From contig JBHGNT010000468.1 in the NCBI GenBank assembly GCA_043228905.1, forward strand, positions 1-23,735: a stretch of 23,735 nt of DNA, given 5' to 3'. The notes below the pieces were generated by a model that did not search any database, was not told where the DNA came from, and saw only the letters and a list, made by a program, of their open reading frames with translations. Both the position numbers and the translations under genes were made by a program. Position 1 is the stretch's first letter; every line of letters begins with the position of its first letter. The stretch comes from Azolla caroliniana (taxonomy: Eukaryota > Plantae > Polypodiophyta). Positions 1 through 13,172 of this stretch are shown here, piece after piece.

Positions 1-2322
1 ATTCGCATGTTTGAACACAAAAATCCGATATTACACGAGCCAGGTATGAACATTTTAATTTACTCAAGGGTTCCTCTCAACTCACTCCTCAAATTTGGTA
101 ATTTCATCATGTCTCTCGACCTGAGTTTCAAAATCTTGATTTATTAATTCCATACCATAGCTAGCGTTGTTAGCTTCGATTCGCATGTTTGAACACAAAA
201 ATCGGATATTACACGAGCCAGGTATGAACATTTTAATTTACTCAAGGGCTCCTCTCAACTCACTCCTCAAATTTGGTAATTTCGTCATGTCTCTCGACCT
301 GAGTTTCAAAATCTTGATTTTTGAATTCCATATCATAGCTAACGTTGTTAGCTTCGATTCGCATGTTTGAACACAAAAATCCGATATCACACGAGCCAGG
401 TATGAACATTTTAATTTACTCAAGGGTTCCTCTCAACTCCCTCCCTATGTTTGGTAATTTCATCATGTCTCTCGACCTGAGTTTCAAAATCTTGATTTAT
501 TAATTCCATATCATAGCTAGCGTTGTTAGCTTCGATTCGCATGTTTGAACACAAACATCCGATATCACACGAGCCAGGTATGAACATTTTAATTTACTCA
601 AGCGCTCCTCTCAACTCACTACTCATGTTTGCTAATTTCGTCATCTCTCTCGACCTGAGTTTCAAAATCTTGATTTTTGAATTCCATATCATAGCTAGCG
701 TTGTTAGCTTCGATTCGCATGTTTGGACACAAAAATCCGATATCACACGAGCCAGGTATGAACATTTTAATTTACTCAAGGGCTCCTCTCAACTCACTCC
801 TCATGTTTGGTAATTTCATCATGTCTCTCGACCTGAGTTTCAAAATCTTGATTTTTGAATTCCATATCATAGCTAGCGTTGTTAGCTTCGATTCGCATGT
901 TTGAACACAAAAATCCGATATCACACGAGCCAGGTATGAACATTTTAATTTACTCAAGGGTTCCTCTCAACTCACTCCTCAAATTTGGTAATTTCATCAT
1001 GTCTCTCGACCTGAGTTTCAAAATCTGGATTTATTAATTCCATATCATAGCTAGCGTTGTTAGCTTCGATTCGCATGTTTGAACACAAAAATCCGATATT
1101 ACACGAGCCAGGTATGAACATTTTAATTTACTCAAGGGTTCCTCTCAACTCACTCCTCAAATTTGGTAATTTCATCATGTCTCTCGACCTGAGTTTCAAA
1201 ATCTTGATTTATTAATTCCATATCATAGCTAGCGTTGTTAGCTTCGATTCGCATGTTTGAACACAAAAATCGGATATTACACGCGCTAGGTATGAACATT
1301 TTAATTTACTCAAGGGCTCCTCTCAACTCCCTCCTCAAATTTGCTAATTCGGTCACGTCTCTCGACCTGAGTTTCAAAATCTTGATTTTTTAATTCTATA
1401 TCATAGCTAGCGTTGTTAGCTTCGATTCGCATGTTTGAACACAAAAATCGGATATTACACGCGCTAGGTATGAACATTTTAATTTACTCAAGGGCTCCTC
1501 TCAACTCACTCCTCAAATTTGGTAATTTCGTCATGTCTCTCGACCTGAGTTTCAAAATCTTGATTTTTGAATTCCATATCATAGCTAGCGTTGTTAGCTT
1601 CGATTCGCATGTTTGAACACAAAAATCCGATATCACACGAGCCAGGTATGAACATTTTAATTTACTCAAGGGTTCCTCTCAACTCACTCCTCAAATTTGG
1701 TAATTTCATCATGTCTCTCGACCTGAGTTTCAAAATCTTGATTTTTGAATTCCATATCATAGCTAGCGTTGTTAGCTTCGATTCGCATGTTTGAACACAA
1801 AAATCCGATATCACACGAGCCAGGTATGAACATTTTAATTTACTCAAGGGTTCCTCTCAACTCACTCCTCAAATTTGGTAATTTCATCATGTCTCTCGAC
1901 CTGAGTTTCAAAATCTTGATTTTTGAATTCCATATCATAGCTAGCGTTGTTAGCTTCGATTCGCATGTTTGAACACAAAAATCCGATATCACACGAGCCA
2001 GGTATGAACATTTTAATTTACTCAAGCGCTCCTCTCAACTCACTACTCATGTTTGCTAATTTCGTCATCTCTCTCGACCTGAGTTTCAAAATCTTGATTT
2101 TTGAATTCCATATCATAGCTAGCGTTGTTAGCTTCGATTCGCATGTTTGGACACAAAAATCCGATATCACACGAGCCAGGTATGAACATTTTAATTTACT
2201 CAAGGGCTCCTCTCAACTCACTCCTCATGTTTGGTAATTTCATCATGTCTCTCGACCTGAGTTTCAAAATCTTGATTTTTGAATTCCATATCATAGCTAG
2301 CGTTGTTAGCTTCGATTCGCAT
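1..2322. repeat. HOR block copy 1 (13 monomers, M1-M13), duplicated at 5163-7484 (offset 5162 bp = 29 monomers)
   Basis: Same monomer-type order A-B-C-D-E-F-A-G-H-I-I-D-E. The rare variant CATACC is at 155 and 5317. ORF patterns match (167/5329, 523/5685, 1413/6575, 1947/7109). Confidence 0.9.
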
Positions 2323-4094
2323 GGTTGAACACAGAAATCCGATATCACACGAGCCAGGTATGAACATTTTAATTTACTCAAGGGTTCCTCTCAACTCACT
2401 CCTCAAATTTGGTAATTTCATCATGTCTCTCGACCTGAGTTTCAAAATCTGGATTTATTAATTCCATATCATAGCTAGCGTTGTTAGCTTCGATTCGCAT
2501 GTTTGAACACAAAAATCGGATATTACACGAGCCAGGTATGAACATTTTAATTTACTCAAGGGCTCCTCTCAACTCACTCCTCAAATTTGGTAATTTCGTC
2601 ATGTCTCTCGACCTGAGTTTCAAAATCTTGATTTTTGAATTCCATATCATAGCTAACGTTGTTAGCTTCGATTCGCATGTTTGAACACAAAAATCCGATA
2701 TCACACGAGCCAGGTATGAACATTTTAATTTACTCAAGGGTTCCTCTCAACTCCCTCCCTATGTTTGGTAATTTCATCATGTCTCTCGACCTGAGTTTCA
2801 AAATCTTGATTTATTAATTCCATATCATAGCTAGCGTTGTTAGCTTCGATTCGCATGTTTGAACACAAAAATCCGATATCACACGAGCCAGGTATGAACA
2901 TTTTAATTTACTCAAGCGCTCCTCTCAACTCACTACTCATGTTTGCTAATTTCGTCATCTCTCTCGACCTGAGTTTCAAAATCTTGATTTTTGAATTCCA
3001 TATCATAGCTAGCGTTGTTAGCTTCGATTCGCATGTTTGGACACAAAAATCCGATATCACACGAGCCAGGTATGAACATTTTAATTTACTCAAGGGCTCC
3101 TCTCAACTCACTCCTCATGTTTGGTAATTTCATCATGTCTCTCGACCTGAGTTTCAAAATCTTGATTTTTGAATTCCATATCATAGCTAGCGTTGTTAGC
3201 TTCGATTCGCATGGTTGAACACAAAAATCCGATATCACACGAGCCAGGTATGAACATTTTAATTTACTCAAGGGCTCCTCTCAACTCACTCCTCAAATTT
3301 GGTAATTTCGTCATGTCTCTCGACGTGAGTTTCAAAATCTTGATTTATTAATTCCATATCATAGCTAGCGTTGTTAGCTTCGATTCGCATGTTTGAACAC
3401 AAAAATCCAATATCACACGAGCCAGGTATGAACATTTTAATTTACTCAAGGGTTCCTCTCAACTCACTCCTCAAATTTGGTAATTTCATCATGTCTCTCG
3501 ACCTGAGTTTCAAAATCTTGATTTATTAATTCCATATCATAGCTAGCGTTGTTAGCTTCGATTCGCATGTTTGAACACAAAAATCGGATATTACACGCGC
3601 TAGGTATGAACATTTTAATTTACTCAAGGGCTCCTCTCAACTCCCTCCTCAAATTTGCTAATTCGGTCACGTCTCTCGACCTGAGTTTCAAAATCTTGAT
3701 TTTTTAATTCTATATCATAGCTAGCGTTGTTAGCTTCGATTCGCATGTTTGAACACAAAAATCGGATATTACACGCGCTAGGTATGAACATTTTATTTTA
3801 CTCAAGGGCTCCTCTCAACTCACTCCTCAAATTTGGTAATTTCGTCATGTCTCTCGACCTGAGTTTCAAAATCTTGATTTTTGAATTCCATATCATAGCT
3901 AGCGTTGTTAGCTTCGATTCGCATGTTTGAACACAAAAATCCGATATCACACGAGCCAGGTATGAACATTTTAATTTACTCAAGCGCTCCTCTCAACTCG
4001 CTCCTCAAATTTGGTAATTTCATCATGTCTCTCGACCTGAGTTTCAAAATCTGGATTTATTAATTCCATATCATAGCTAGCGTTGTTAGCTTCG

Positions 4095-6230
4095 ATTCGC
4101 ATGTTTGAACACAAAAATCCGATATTACACGAGCCAGGTATGAACATTTTAATTTACTCAAGGGTTCCTCTCAACTCACTCCTCAAATTTGGTAATTTCA
4201 TCATGTCTCTCGACCTGAGTTTCAAAATCTTGATTTATTAATTCCATAACATAGCTAGCGTTGTTAGCTTCGATTCGCATGTTTGAACACAAAAATCGGA
4301 TATTACACGAGCCAGGTATGAACATTTTAATTTACTCAAGGGCTCCTCTCAACTCACTCCTCAAATTTGGTAATTTCGTCATGTCTCTCGACCTGAGTTT
4401 CAAAATCTTGATTTTTGAATTCCATATCATAGCTAACGTTGTTAGCTTCGATTCGCATGTTTGAACACAAAAATCCGATATCACACGAGCCAGGTATGAA
4501 CATTTTAATTTACTCAAGGGTTCCTCTCAACTCCCTCCCTATGTTTGGTAATTTCATCATGTCTCTCGACCTGAGTTTCAAAATCTTGATTTATTAATTC
4601 CATATCATAGCTAGCGTTGTTAGCTTCGATTCGCATGTTTGAACACAAAAATCCGATATCACACGAGCCAGGTATGAACATTTTAATTTACTCAAGCGCT
4701 CCTCTCAACTCACTACTCATGTTTGCTAATTTCGTCATCTCTCTCGACCTGAGTTTCAAAATCTTGATTTTTGAATTCCATATCATAGCTAGCGTTGTTA
4801 GCTTCGATTCGCATGTTTGGACACAAAAATCCGATATCACACGAGCCAGGTATGAACATTTTAATTTACTCAAGGGCTCCTCTCAACTCACTCCTCATGT
4901 TTGGTAATTTCATCATGTCTCTCGACCTGAGTTTCAAAATCTTGATTTTTGAATTCCATATCATAGCTAGCGTTGTTAGCTTCGATTCGCATGGTTGAAC
5001 ACAGAAATCCGATATCACACGAGCCAGGTATGAACATTTTAATTTACTCAAGGGTTCCTCTCAACTCACTCCTCAAATTTGGTAATTTCATCATGTCTCT
5101 TGACCTGAGTTTCAAAATCTGGATTTATTAATTCCATATCATAGCTAGCGTTGTTAGCTTCGATTCGCATGTTTGAACACAAAAATCCGATATTACACGA
5201 GCCAGGTATGAACATTTTAATTTACTCAAGGGTTCCTCTCAACTCACTCCTCAAATTTGGTAATTTCATCATGTCTCTCGACCTGAGTTTCAAAATCTTG
5301 ATTTATTAATTCCATACCATAGCTAGCGTTGTTAGCTTCGATTCGCATGTTTGAACACAAAAATCGTATATTACACGAGCCAGGTATGAACATTTTAATT
5401 TACTCAAGGGCTCCTCTCAACTCACTCCTCAAATTTGGTAATTTCGTCATGTCTCTCGACCTGAGTTTCAAAATCTTGATTTTTGAATTCCATATCATAG
5501 CTAACGTTGTTAGCTTCGATTCGCATGTTTGAACACAAAAATCCGATATCACACGAGCCAGGTATGAACATTTTAATTTACTCAAGGGTTCCTCTCAACT
5601 CCCTCCCTATGTTTGGTAATTTCATCATGTCTCTCGACCTGAGTTTCAAAATCTTGATTTATTAATTCCATATCATAGCTAGCGTTGTTAGCTTCGATTC
5701 GCATGTTTGAACACAAAAATCCGATATCACACGAGCCAGGTATGAACATTTTAATTTACTCAAGCGCTCCTCTCAACTCACTACTCATGTTTGCTAATTT
5801 CGTCATCTCTCTCGACCTGAGTTTCAAAATCTTGATTTTTGAATTCCATATCATAGCTAGCGTTGTTAGCTTCGATTCGCATGTTTGGACACAAAAATCC
5901 GATATCACACGAGCCAGGTATGAACATTTTAATTTACTCAAGGGCTCCTCTCAACTCACTCCTCATGTTTGGTAATTTCATCATGTCTCTCGACCTGAGT
6001 TTCAAAATCTTGATTTTTGAATTCCATATCATAGCTAGCGTTGTTAGCTTCGATTCGCATGTTTGAACACAAAAATCCGATATCACACGAGCCAGGTATG
6101 AACATTTTAATTTACTCAAGGGTTCCTCTCAACTCACTCCTCAAATTTGGTAATTTCATCATGTCTCTCGACCTGAGTTTCAAAATCTGGATTTATTAAT
6201 TCCATATCATAGCTAGCGTTGTTAGCTTCG
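4095..6230. repeat. Tandem 6-monomer HOR (1068-bp period), two adjacent copies M24-29 and M30-35; the same 6-mer is at 1-1068
   Basis: Order A-B-C-D-E-F occurs twice. ORF pairs 4261/5329, 4617/5685 and 4795/5863 are each 1068 apart. Confidence 0.85.
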
Positions 6231-7484
6231 ATTCGCATGTTTGAACACAAAAATCCGATATTACACGAGCCAGGTATGAACATTTTAATTTACTCAAGGG
6301 TTCCTCTCAACTCACTCCTCAAATTTGGTAATTTCATCATGTCTCTCGACCTGAGTTTCAAAATCTTGATTTATTAATTCCATATCATAGCTAGCGTTGT
6401 TAGCTTCGATTCGCATGTTTGAACACAAAAATCGGATATTACACGCGCTAGGTATGAACATTTTAATTTACTCAAGGGCTCCTCTCAACTCCCTCCTCAA
6501 ATTTGCTAATTCGGTCACGTCTCTCGACCTGAGTTTCAAAATCTTGATTTTTTAATTCTATATCATAGCTAGCGTTGTTAGCTTCGATTCGCATGTTTGA
6601 ACACAAAAATCGGATATTACACGCGCTAGGTATGAACATTTTAATTTACTCAAGGGCTCCTCTCAACTCACTCCTCAAATTTGGTAATTTCGTCATGTCT
6701 CTCGACCTGAGTTTCAAAATCTTGATTTTTGAATTCCATATCATAGCTAGCGTTGTTAGCTTCGATTCGCATGTTTGAACACAAAAATCCGATATCACAC
6801 GAGCCAGGTATGAACATTTTAATTTACTCAAGGGTTCCTCTCAACTCACTCCTCAAATTTGGTAATTTCATCATGTCTCTCGACCTGAGTTTCAAAATCT
6901 TGATTTTTGAATTCCATATCATAGCTAGCGTTGTTAGCTTCGATTCGCATGTTTGAACACAAAAATCCGATATCACACGAGCCAGGTATGAACATTTTAA
7001 TTTACTCAAGGGTTCCTCTCAACTCACTCCTCAAATTTGGTAATTTCATCATGTCTCTCGACCTGAGTTTCAAAATCTTGATTTTTGAATTCCATATCAT
7101 AGCTAGCGTTGTTAGCTTCGATTCGCATGTTTGAACACAAAAATCCGATATCACACGAGCCAGGTATGAACATTTTAATTTACTCAAGCGCTCCTCTCAA
7201 CTCACTACTCATGTTTGCTAATTTCGTCATCTCTCTCGACCTGAGTTTCAAAATCTTGATTTTTGAATTCCATATCATAGCTAGCGTTGTTAGCTTCGAT
7301 TCGCATGTTTGGACACAAAAATCCGATATCACACGAGCCAGGTATGAACATTTTAATTTACTCAAGGGCTCCTCTCAACTCACTCCTCATGTTTGGTAAT
7401 TTCATCATGTCTCTCGACCTGAGTTTCAAAATCTTGATTTTTGAATTCCATATCATAGCTAGCGTTGTTAGCTTCGATTCGCAT
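5163..7484. repeat. HOR block copy 2 (M30-M42) of 1-2322
   Basis: As above. I noticed only two differences between the copies (position 556 in copy 1 and 5367 in copy 2). Confidence 0.9.
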
Positions 7485-10400
7485 GTTTGAACACAAAAAT
7501 CCGATATCACACGAGCCAGGTATGAACATTTTAATTTACTCAAGGGCTCCTCTCAACTCACTCCTCAAATTTGGTAATTTCGTCATGTCTCTCGACCTGA
7601 GTTTCAAAATCTTGATTTATTAATTCCATATCATAGCTAACGTTGTTAGCTTCGATTCGCATGTTTGAACACAAAAATCCGATATCACACGAGCCAGGTA
7701 TGAACATTTTAATTTACTCAAGGGCTCCTCTCAACTCACTCCTCAAATTTGGTAATTTCGTCATGTCTCTCGACCTGAGTTTCAAAATCTTGATTTTTGA
7801 ATTCCATATCATAGCTAGCGTTGTTAGCTTCGATTCGCATGTTTGAACACAAAAATCCGATATCACACGAGCCAGGTATGAACATTTTAATTTACTCAAG
7901 GGCTCCTCTCAACTCACTACTCATGTTTGCTAATTTCGTCATGTCTCTCGACCTGAGTTTGAAAATCTTGATTTTTGAATTCCATATCATAGCTAACGTT
8001 GTTAGCTTCGATTCGCATGTTTGAACACAAAAATCCGATATCACACGAGCCAGGTATGAACATTTTAATTTACTCAAGGGCTCCTCTCAACTCACTCCTC
8101 AAATTTGGTAATTTCGTCATGTCTCTCGACCTGAGTTTCAAAATCTTGATTTTTGAATTCCATATCATAGCTAGCGTTGTTAGCTTCGATTCGCATGTTT
8201 GAACACAAAAATCCGATATCACACGAGCCAGGTATGAACATTTTAATTTACTCAAGGGTTCCTCTCAACTCACTCCTCAAATTTGGTAATTTCATCATGT
8301 CTCTCGACCTGAGTTTCAAAATCTTGATTTTTGAATTCCATATCATAGCTAGCGTTGTTAGCTTCGATTCGCATGTTTGAACACAAAAATCCGATATCAC
8401 ACGAGCCAGGTATGAACATTTTAATTTACTCAAGCGCTCCTCTCAACTCACTACTCATGTTTGCTAATTTCGTCATCTCTCTCGACCTGAGTTTCAAAAT
8501 CTTGATTTTTGAATTCCATATCATAGCTAGCGTTGTTAGCTTCGATTCGCATGTTTGGACACAAAAATCCGATATCACACGAGCCAGGTATGAACATTTT
8601 AATTTACTCAAGGGCTCCTCTCAACTCACTCCTCATGTTTGGTAATTTCATCATGTCTCTCGACCTGAGTTTCAAAATCTTGATTTTTGAATTCCATATC
8701 ATAGCTAGCGTTGTTAGCTTCGATTCGCATGTTTGAACACAAAAATCCAATATCACACGAGCCAGGTATGAACATTTTAATTTACTCAAGGGTTCCTCTC
8801 AACTCACTCCTCAAATTTGGTAATTTCGTCATGTCTCTCGACCTGAGTTTCAAAATCTTGATTTTTGAATTCCATATCATAGCTAACGTTGTTAGCTTCG
8901 ATTCGCATGTTTGAACACAAAAATCCGATATCACACGAGCCAGGTATGAACATTTTAATTTACTCAAGGGTTCCTCTCAACTCCCTCCCTATGTTTGGTA
9001 ATTTCATCATGTCTCTCGACCTGAGTTTCAAAATCTTGATTTATTAATTCCACATCATAGCTAGCGTTGTTAGCTTCGATTCGCATGTTTGAACACAAAA
9101 ATCCGATATCACACGAGCCAGGTATGAACATTTTAATTTACTCAAGCGCTCCTCTCAACTCACTACTCATGTTTGCTAATTTCGTCATCTCTCTCGACCT
9201 GAGTTTCAAAATCTTGATTTTTGAATTCTATATCATAGCTAGCGTTGTTAGCTTCGATTCGCATGTTTGGACACAAAAATCCGATATCACACGAGCCAGG
9301 TATGAACATTTTAATTTACTCAAGGGCTCCTCTCAACTCACTCCTCATGTTTGGTAATTTCATCATGTCTCTCGACCTGAGTTTCAAAATCTTGATTTTT
9401 GAATTCCATATCATAGCTAGCGTTGTTAGCTTCGATTCGCATGTTTGAACACAAAAATCCGATATCACACGAGCCAGGTATGAACATTTTAATTTACTCA
9501 AGGGTTCCTCTCAACTCACTCCTCAAATTTGGTAATTTCATCATGTCTCTCGACGTGAGTTTCAAAATCTGGATTTATTAATTCCATATCATAGCTAGCG
9601 TTGTTAGCTTCGATTCGCATGTTTGAACACAAAAATCCGATATTACACGAGCCAGGTATGAACATTTTAATTTACTCAAGGGTTCCTCTCAACTCACTCC
9701 TCAAATTTGGTAATTTCATCATGGCTCTCGACCTGAGTTTCAAAATCTTGATTTATTAATTCCATATCATAGCTAGCGTTGTTAGCTTCGATTCGCATGT
9801 TTGAACACAAAAATCGGATATTACACGCGCTAGGTATGAACATTTTAATTTACTCAAGGGCTCCTCTCAACTCCCTCCTCAAATTTGCTAATTCGGTCAC
9901 GTCTCTCGACCTGAGTTTCAAAATCTTGATTTTTTAATTCTATATCATAGCTAGCGTTGTTAGCTTCGATTCGCATGTTTGAACACAAAAATCGGATATT
10001 ACACGCGCTAGGTATGAACATTTTATTTTACTCAAGGGCTCCTCTCAACTCACTCCTCAAATTTGGTAATTTCGTCATGTCTCTCGACCTGAGTTTCAAA
10101 ATCTTGATTTTTGAATTCCATATCATAGCTAGCGTTGTTAGCTTCGATTCGCATGTTTGAACACAAAAATCCGATATCACACGAGCCAGGTATGAACATT
10201 TTAATTTACTCAAGGGTTCCTCTCAACTCACTCCTCAAATTTGGTAATTTCATCATGTCTCTCGACCTGAGTTTCAAAATCTTGATTTTTGAATTCCATA
10301 TCATAGCTAGCGTTGTTAGCTTCGATTCGCATGTTTGAACACAAAAATCCGATATCACACGAGCCAGGTATGAACATTTTAATTTACTCAAGCGCTCCTC

Positions 10401-10680
10401 TCAACTCACTACTCATGTTTGCTAATTTCGTCATCTCTCTCGACCTGAGTTTCAAAATCTTGATTTTTGAATTCCATATCATAGCTAGCGTTGTTAGCTT
10501 CGATTCGCATGTTTGGACACAAAAATCCGATATCACACGAGCCAGGTATGAACATTTTAATTTACTCAAGGGCTCCTCTCAACTCACTCCTCATGTTTGG
10601 TAATTTCATCATGTCTCTCGACCTGAGTTTCAAAATCTTGATTTTTGAATTCCATATCATAGCTAGCGTTGTTAGCTTCG

Positions 10681-13172
10681 ATTCGCATGTTTGAACACAA
10701 AAATCCGATATCACACGAGCCAGGTATGAACATTTTAATTTACTCAAGGGCTCCTCTCAACTCACTCCTCAAATTTGGTAATTTCGTCATGTCTCTCGAC
10801 GTGAGTTTCAAAATCTTGATTTTTGAATTCCATATCATAGCTAGCGTTGTTAGCTTCGATTCGCATGTTTGAACACAAAAATCCAATATCACACGAGCCA
10901 GGTATGAACATTTTAATTTACTCAAGGGTTCCTCTCAACTCACTCCTCAAATTTGGTAATTTCATCATGTCTCTCGACCTGAGTTTCAAAATCTTGATTT
11001 ATTAATTCCATATCATAGCTAGCGTTGTTAGCTTCGATTCGCATGTTTGAACACAAAAATCGGATATTACACGCGCTAGGTATGAACATTTTAATTTACT
11101 CAAGGGCTCCTCTCAACTCCCTCCTCAAATTTGCTAATTCGGTCACGTCTCTCGACCTGAGTTTCAAAATCTTGATTTTTTAATTCTATATCATAGCTAG
11201 CGTTGTTAGCTTCGATTCGCATGTTTGAACACAAAAATCGGATATTACACGCGCTAGGTATGAACATTTTATTTTACTCAAGGGCTCCTCTCAACTCACT
11301 CCTCAAATTTGGTAATTTCGTCATGTCTCTCGACCTGAGTTTCAAAATCTTGATTTTTGAATTCCATATCATAGCTAGCGTTGTTAGCTTCGATTCGCAT
11401 GTTTGAACACAAAAATCCGATATCACACGAGCCAGGTATGAACATTTTAATTTACTCAAGGGTTCCTCTCAACTCACTCCTCAAATTTGGTAATTTCATC
11501 ATGTCTCTCGACCTGAGTTTCAAAATCTTGATTTTTGAATTCCATATCATAGCTAGCGTTGTTAGCTTCGATTCGCATGTTTGAACACAAAAATCCAATA
11601 TCACACGAGCCAGGTATGAACATTTTAATTTACTCAAGGGTTCCTCTCAACTCACTCCTCAAATTTGGTAATTTCATCATGTCTCTCGACCTGAGTTTCA
11701 AAATCTTGATTTATTAATTCCATATCATAGCTAGCGTTGTTAGCTTCGATTCGCATGTTTGAACACAAAAATCGGATATTACACGCGCTAGGTATGAACA
11801 TTTTAATTTACTCAAGGGTTCCTCTCAACTCACTCCTCAAATTTGCTAATTCGGTCATGTCTCTCGACCTGAGTTTCAAAATCTTGATTTTTTAATTCTA
11901 TATCATAGCTAGCGTTGTTAGCTTCGATTCGCATGTTTGAACACAAAAATCGGATATTACACGCGCTAGGTATGAACATTTTAATTTACTCAAGGGCTCC
12001 TCTCAACTCCCTCCTCAAATTTGCTAATTCGGTCACGTCTCTCGACCTGAGTTTCAAAATCTTGATTTTTTAATTCTATATCATAGCTAGCGTTGTTAGC
12101 TTCGATTCGCATGTTTGAACACAAAAATCGGATATTACACGCGCTAGGTATGAACATTTTATTTTACTCAAGGGCTCCTCTCAACTCACTCCTCAAATTT
12201 GGTAATTTCATCATGTCTCTCGACCTGAGTTTCAAAATCTTGATTTTTGAATTCCATATCATAGCTAGCGTTGTTAGCTTCGATTCGCATGTTTGAACAC
12301 AAAAATCCGATATCACACGAGCCAGGTATGAACATTTTAATTTACTCAAGGGCTCCTCTCAACTCACTCCTCAAATTTGGTAATTTCGTCATGTCTCTCG
12401 ACGTGAGTTTCAAAATCTTGATTTTTGAATTCCATATCATAGCTAGCGTTGTTAGCTTCGATTCGCATGTTTGAACACAAAAATCCAATATCACACGAGC
12501 CAGGTATGAACATTTTAATTTACTCAAGGGTTCCTCTCAACTCACTCCTCAAATTTGGTAATTTCATCATGTCTCTCGACCTGAGTTTCAAAATCTTGAT
12601 TTATTAATTCCATATCATAGCTAGCGTTGTTAGCTTCGATTCGCATGTTTGAACACAAAAATCGGATATTACACGCGCTAGGTATGAACATTTTAATTTA
12701 CTCAAGGGCTCCTCTCAACTCCCTCCTCAAATTTGCTAATTCGGTCACGTCTCTCGACCTGAGTTTCAAAATCTTGATTTTTTAATTCTATATCATAGCT
12801 AGCGTTGTTAGCTTCGATTCGCATGTTTGAACACAAAAATCGGATATTACACGCGCTAGGTATGAACATTTTATTTTACTCAAGGGCTCCTCTCAACTCA
12901 CTCCTCAAATTTGGTAATTTCGTCATGTCTCTCGACCTGAGTTTCAAAATCTTGATTTTTGAATTCCATATCATAGCTAGCGTTGTTAGCTTCGATTCGC
13001 ATGTTTGAACACAAAAATCCGATATCACACGAGCCAGGTATGAACATTTTAATTTACTCAAGGGTTCCTCTCAACTCACTCCTCAAATTTGGTAATTTCA
13101 TCATGTCTCTCGACCTGAGTTTCAAAATCTTGATTTTTGAATTCCATATCATAGCTAGCGTTGTTAGCTTCG
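10681..13172. repeat. 5-monomer block (10681-11570) duplicated at 12283-13172 (offset 1602 bp = 9 monomers)
   Basis: Shared order of variants GACGTG, CCAATA, TTCGGTCACG and TTTTATTTTA. ORF pairs 10669/12271, 11203/12805 and 11381/12983 are each 1602 apart. Confidence 0.85.

Noticed and set aside
1-178. Identity with Arabidopsis CEN178/AthCEN180, alpha satellite, 5S rDNA, tRNA or telomeric repeats
   Set aside because: Only the length is similar. I recognise no sequence match, CENP-B box, 5S or tRNA internal promoter boxes, or TTTAGGG/TTAGGG tracts. This is from memory and not from a database search.
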